From: Eledone cirrhosa
Taxonomy: Eukaryota
Reading direction: 5' to 3'
DNA: 64,000 bases
NCBI GenBank assembly: GCA_964016885.1
Contig: OZ024742.1
Coordinates: 277,388,001 to 277,452,000, forward strand
Shown: positions 61,626 to 64,000 of the stretch, one piece after another
Position numbering within the stretch: position 1 is the first letter of the stretch
Layout: the number at the start of each line of letters is the position of its first letter
The notes under the pieces: model-generated
Databases searched by the model: none
What the model saw: the letters and a program-made list of their open reading frames with translations, nothing else
What the model was told of the DNA's origin: nothing
Program-made: the position numbers and the translations under genes

Positions 61626-63494
61626 AAGCGATTTGTGAAGTTTCAGCTTCCTTTAAATTATATCACTCAACTCTTCGATTACTAGCATTCTTTTCGCTGC
61701 CTACACCGTTTGTTTACATTAATGTCACTTCCTTGTGCTATCTTCCAGCATCAATATGCCAAAGTTAATATAAACCTTATTTTGAATCAGATGTGCGAAA
61801 ATCAAACGTAGAAAATTCTTCGTTATTCTTATTATAATTAGCTTTTATTTTATTTTTGAGAATATGTGAAGCATTATTATCTTATAACAAATATATAAAA
61901 TGAAATAGAAGTTCATACATATAATAAATTAATTATTGCTAGAAACTTTATAAATATAATACACAAACATATATAATCAAAGCGGAAAAAAAAACATCAA
62001 TTCAGTATTAAATGCATCAAGGGTTATTGGAAATTTTTGAATCAAGTCAGCACACTCGGATCATTATCATGGGTGATGGCGAAGGCAAGGCGTTGAAACA
62101 ACAAAGCACCCTCACGAGTGAGCCACTAACGATAACAAGATCTTCGCTGTCAGCAGCCCAGCTCCATCAAAAGTCTCGAATGCCACAGGCTTGAAAGAAT
62201 AGTGGATATTCCAGGTATTTTAGGATGCTATTCCATTCGGGTTCAGAAGCAGTGACCCTCTCGTTTGCCACAGCATCCAGGATGTGGCCAGGAGCAAAAG
62301 AGTCACTGACTGTGGTATCCTAAATGAGACATCTACCTCTTATCCAGGGATAAAGGGTTCGGTCGCCTGGTCTCTTTTTATCAATTCTGGTTATTCTAGC
62401 CGGCTCCAGAACAGAGGGGATATTTACTCGAGCTAGGGCCCACATAAGGATCAGGTTTAGCTTAGTGGCTGGTGAAGTGACCAGCATTCAGGCGACAAGA
62501 CAAACCATGGAGACCTAATGTAGCGAAATCTGTCTACACTTTGACCCCTGGGTGACATTTAATGGTCATTTTCTAGGTTATCTCCTTTCGGATATCAACC
62601 GGTCTGAGAGTGGACGGCCGCTAAAGGTCAGCCCTTTGTTCTCAAGGCTTGGGGACAGATGAAGCGACATGGATAAATAGCTTGCCTTAGACCAGCACAG
62701 GCAGCAGTTCGGAGCTGTTCTTGATAGAGTAAATATGTAAAACAATTGCTTTCCACAGACCCCTTTGGGTCTTACAGACTCTTACTCTCTTTCACTCAAT
62801 CTCTATCTCTTGGCCTCTCTCTCAACCCAGCCAGTGAAGTTCATGAAGTTTTCTCAGTAAATACGACTTTAACTCTACTTTTAAAACAAACAAATAACGT
62901 CCATAATTCTTGTATATTTTTTGTATAGCTTCGGCGTGAGCTTCTTTCAATGAATTAATAATATAGCGATTTGGTGTTATCGTGGTTCATTTATGTATAT
63001 TCATTTTTTGCATGATCAAAGAACTATCATATCATCATTAATGAACACTTACTCACCTTCACACATGCAACCTCTGGTCACACTGTATCACACAACAGTG
63101 ACCACACGACACAGCACGCTACAAGTGAGTACACACGCAACAAACGAATCAACGCCACAACACAATCAACTATCAACATGACCCACAAATCCTCGCCATA
63201 GACATGTGGAGTCGAGGGGCCTTCCACGGCGATATCTCGGCTCTCACTCTGAGCGCAATGAAGATGCGGAGCTCGTCCTGACAGAAGTCTACCAATGTTG
63301 GTGGCAGGCAGGGCATCAACCTATTCCCCCGAGAATTTTGTGCTTGTAGTGATACCTCGAAAATTGACCAGATTGATCAAAGAAAGAATATGATTTACAA
63401 AAGAAAAAAAATCAAGAAAAGAAACAAAGGTGCGTTGGTGACACGATGAAAATGTTCCCAGTCCAGCCTGTAAAGTGATTGTTTTGTTGTTATG

Positions 63495-63680
63495 ATAAAA
63501 AGCATCCAGTCCATGCTGTAAATGGGCTTGGCGTTAGGAAGGGTACTCAGCTATAGAAACCAAGCCAGGGACAGTTCTGTATCAGCATGACATGGTCACA
63601 TGATCTGACTTGTCTCACAATGGGACAACTTATTTAACGCATGCCAGAGCGGAAAATGTATGCGAAATGGTGATGATTAT
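63495..63680 (+). mobile_element. Interspersed-repeat fragment with V-SINE-like core
   Basis: GGCGTTAGGAAGGGTACTCAGCTATAGAAACC, inverse of copies at ~53300 and ~53660; ends in a GATGAT-like tail. Confidence 0.45.
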
Positions 63681-64000
63681 TTCATTTCAGAAATTTTCAG
63701 AAAAGAGGAAAGATACTGTTGATTTTTAGGATATTAGTATCAGTGTATATTTAAGAATGACAATAATTGCAGGTGAGTGTTGTGACATGGTTTTACTTCA
63801 CAGAAGTCAAATAAATTGATATAAATAATTGTTACCACATGTTGATGGTCAGTTAGTCACAACTCCCAGACTGGAGTGTGTGGAGAAGAACAGAAATCTT
63901 CTCTTGGTAAGGTTCAAGTGTTTCTTTAGGCTGCCATCGCAGGAAGTGAGACAGGAGTCATCTCTTGACAAGGTCTGAGGTGTTCTTGTTGCGGGCGAAG

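Overview
Eukaryotic (animal) repeat-rich genomic DNA, most likely an octopus or related coleoid cephalopod. That assignment is inferred from the single-coding-exon '[16 protein letters not shown]' C2H2 gene, the SINE types and abundant (AAT)n. Bases 1-~32186 are a tandem array of 24 complete ~1331-1340-bp units plus the start of a 25th. Each unit carries a divergent tRNA-Glu(TTC, -)/tRNA-Asp(GTC, +) pair and a fossil 3' end (RLE endonuclease domain) of a CRE-like non-LTR retrotransposon. Unit 25 is split by a ~3.66-kb composite insertion containing a long-TIR foldback element with GC-rich cargo and an intron-containing SGNH-hydrolase pseudogene. Older inverted array units follow (36451-38785). 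Next is a ~12.6-kb stack of retroelements in which every junction is an (AAT)n tract: two near-full-length diverged Tx1/L1-clade LINEs, a 5'-truncated third Tx1, a 5'-truncated R4/Dong element and a SINE. After that come a CR1 3' end, a last remnant of the tRNA array (~52.1 kb), SINEs, an RTE fragment and a 422-aa C2H2 zinc-finger gene (57217-58485, -). All assignments come from reading the sequence by eye; no database searches were run.
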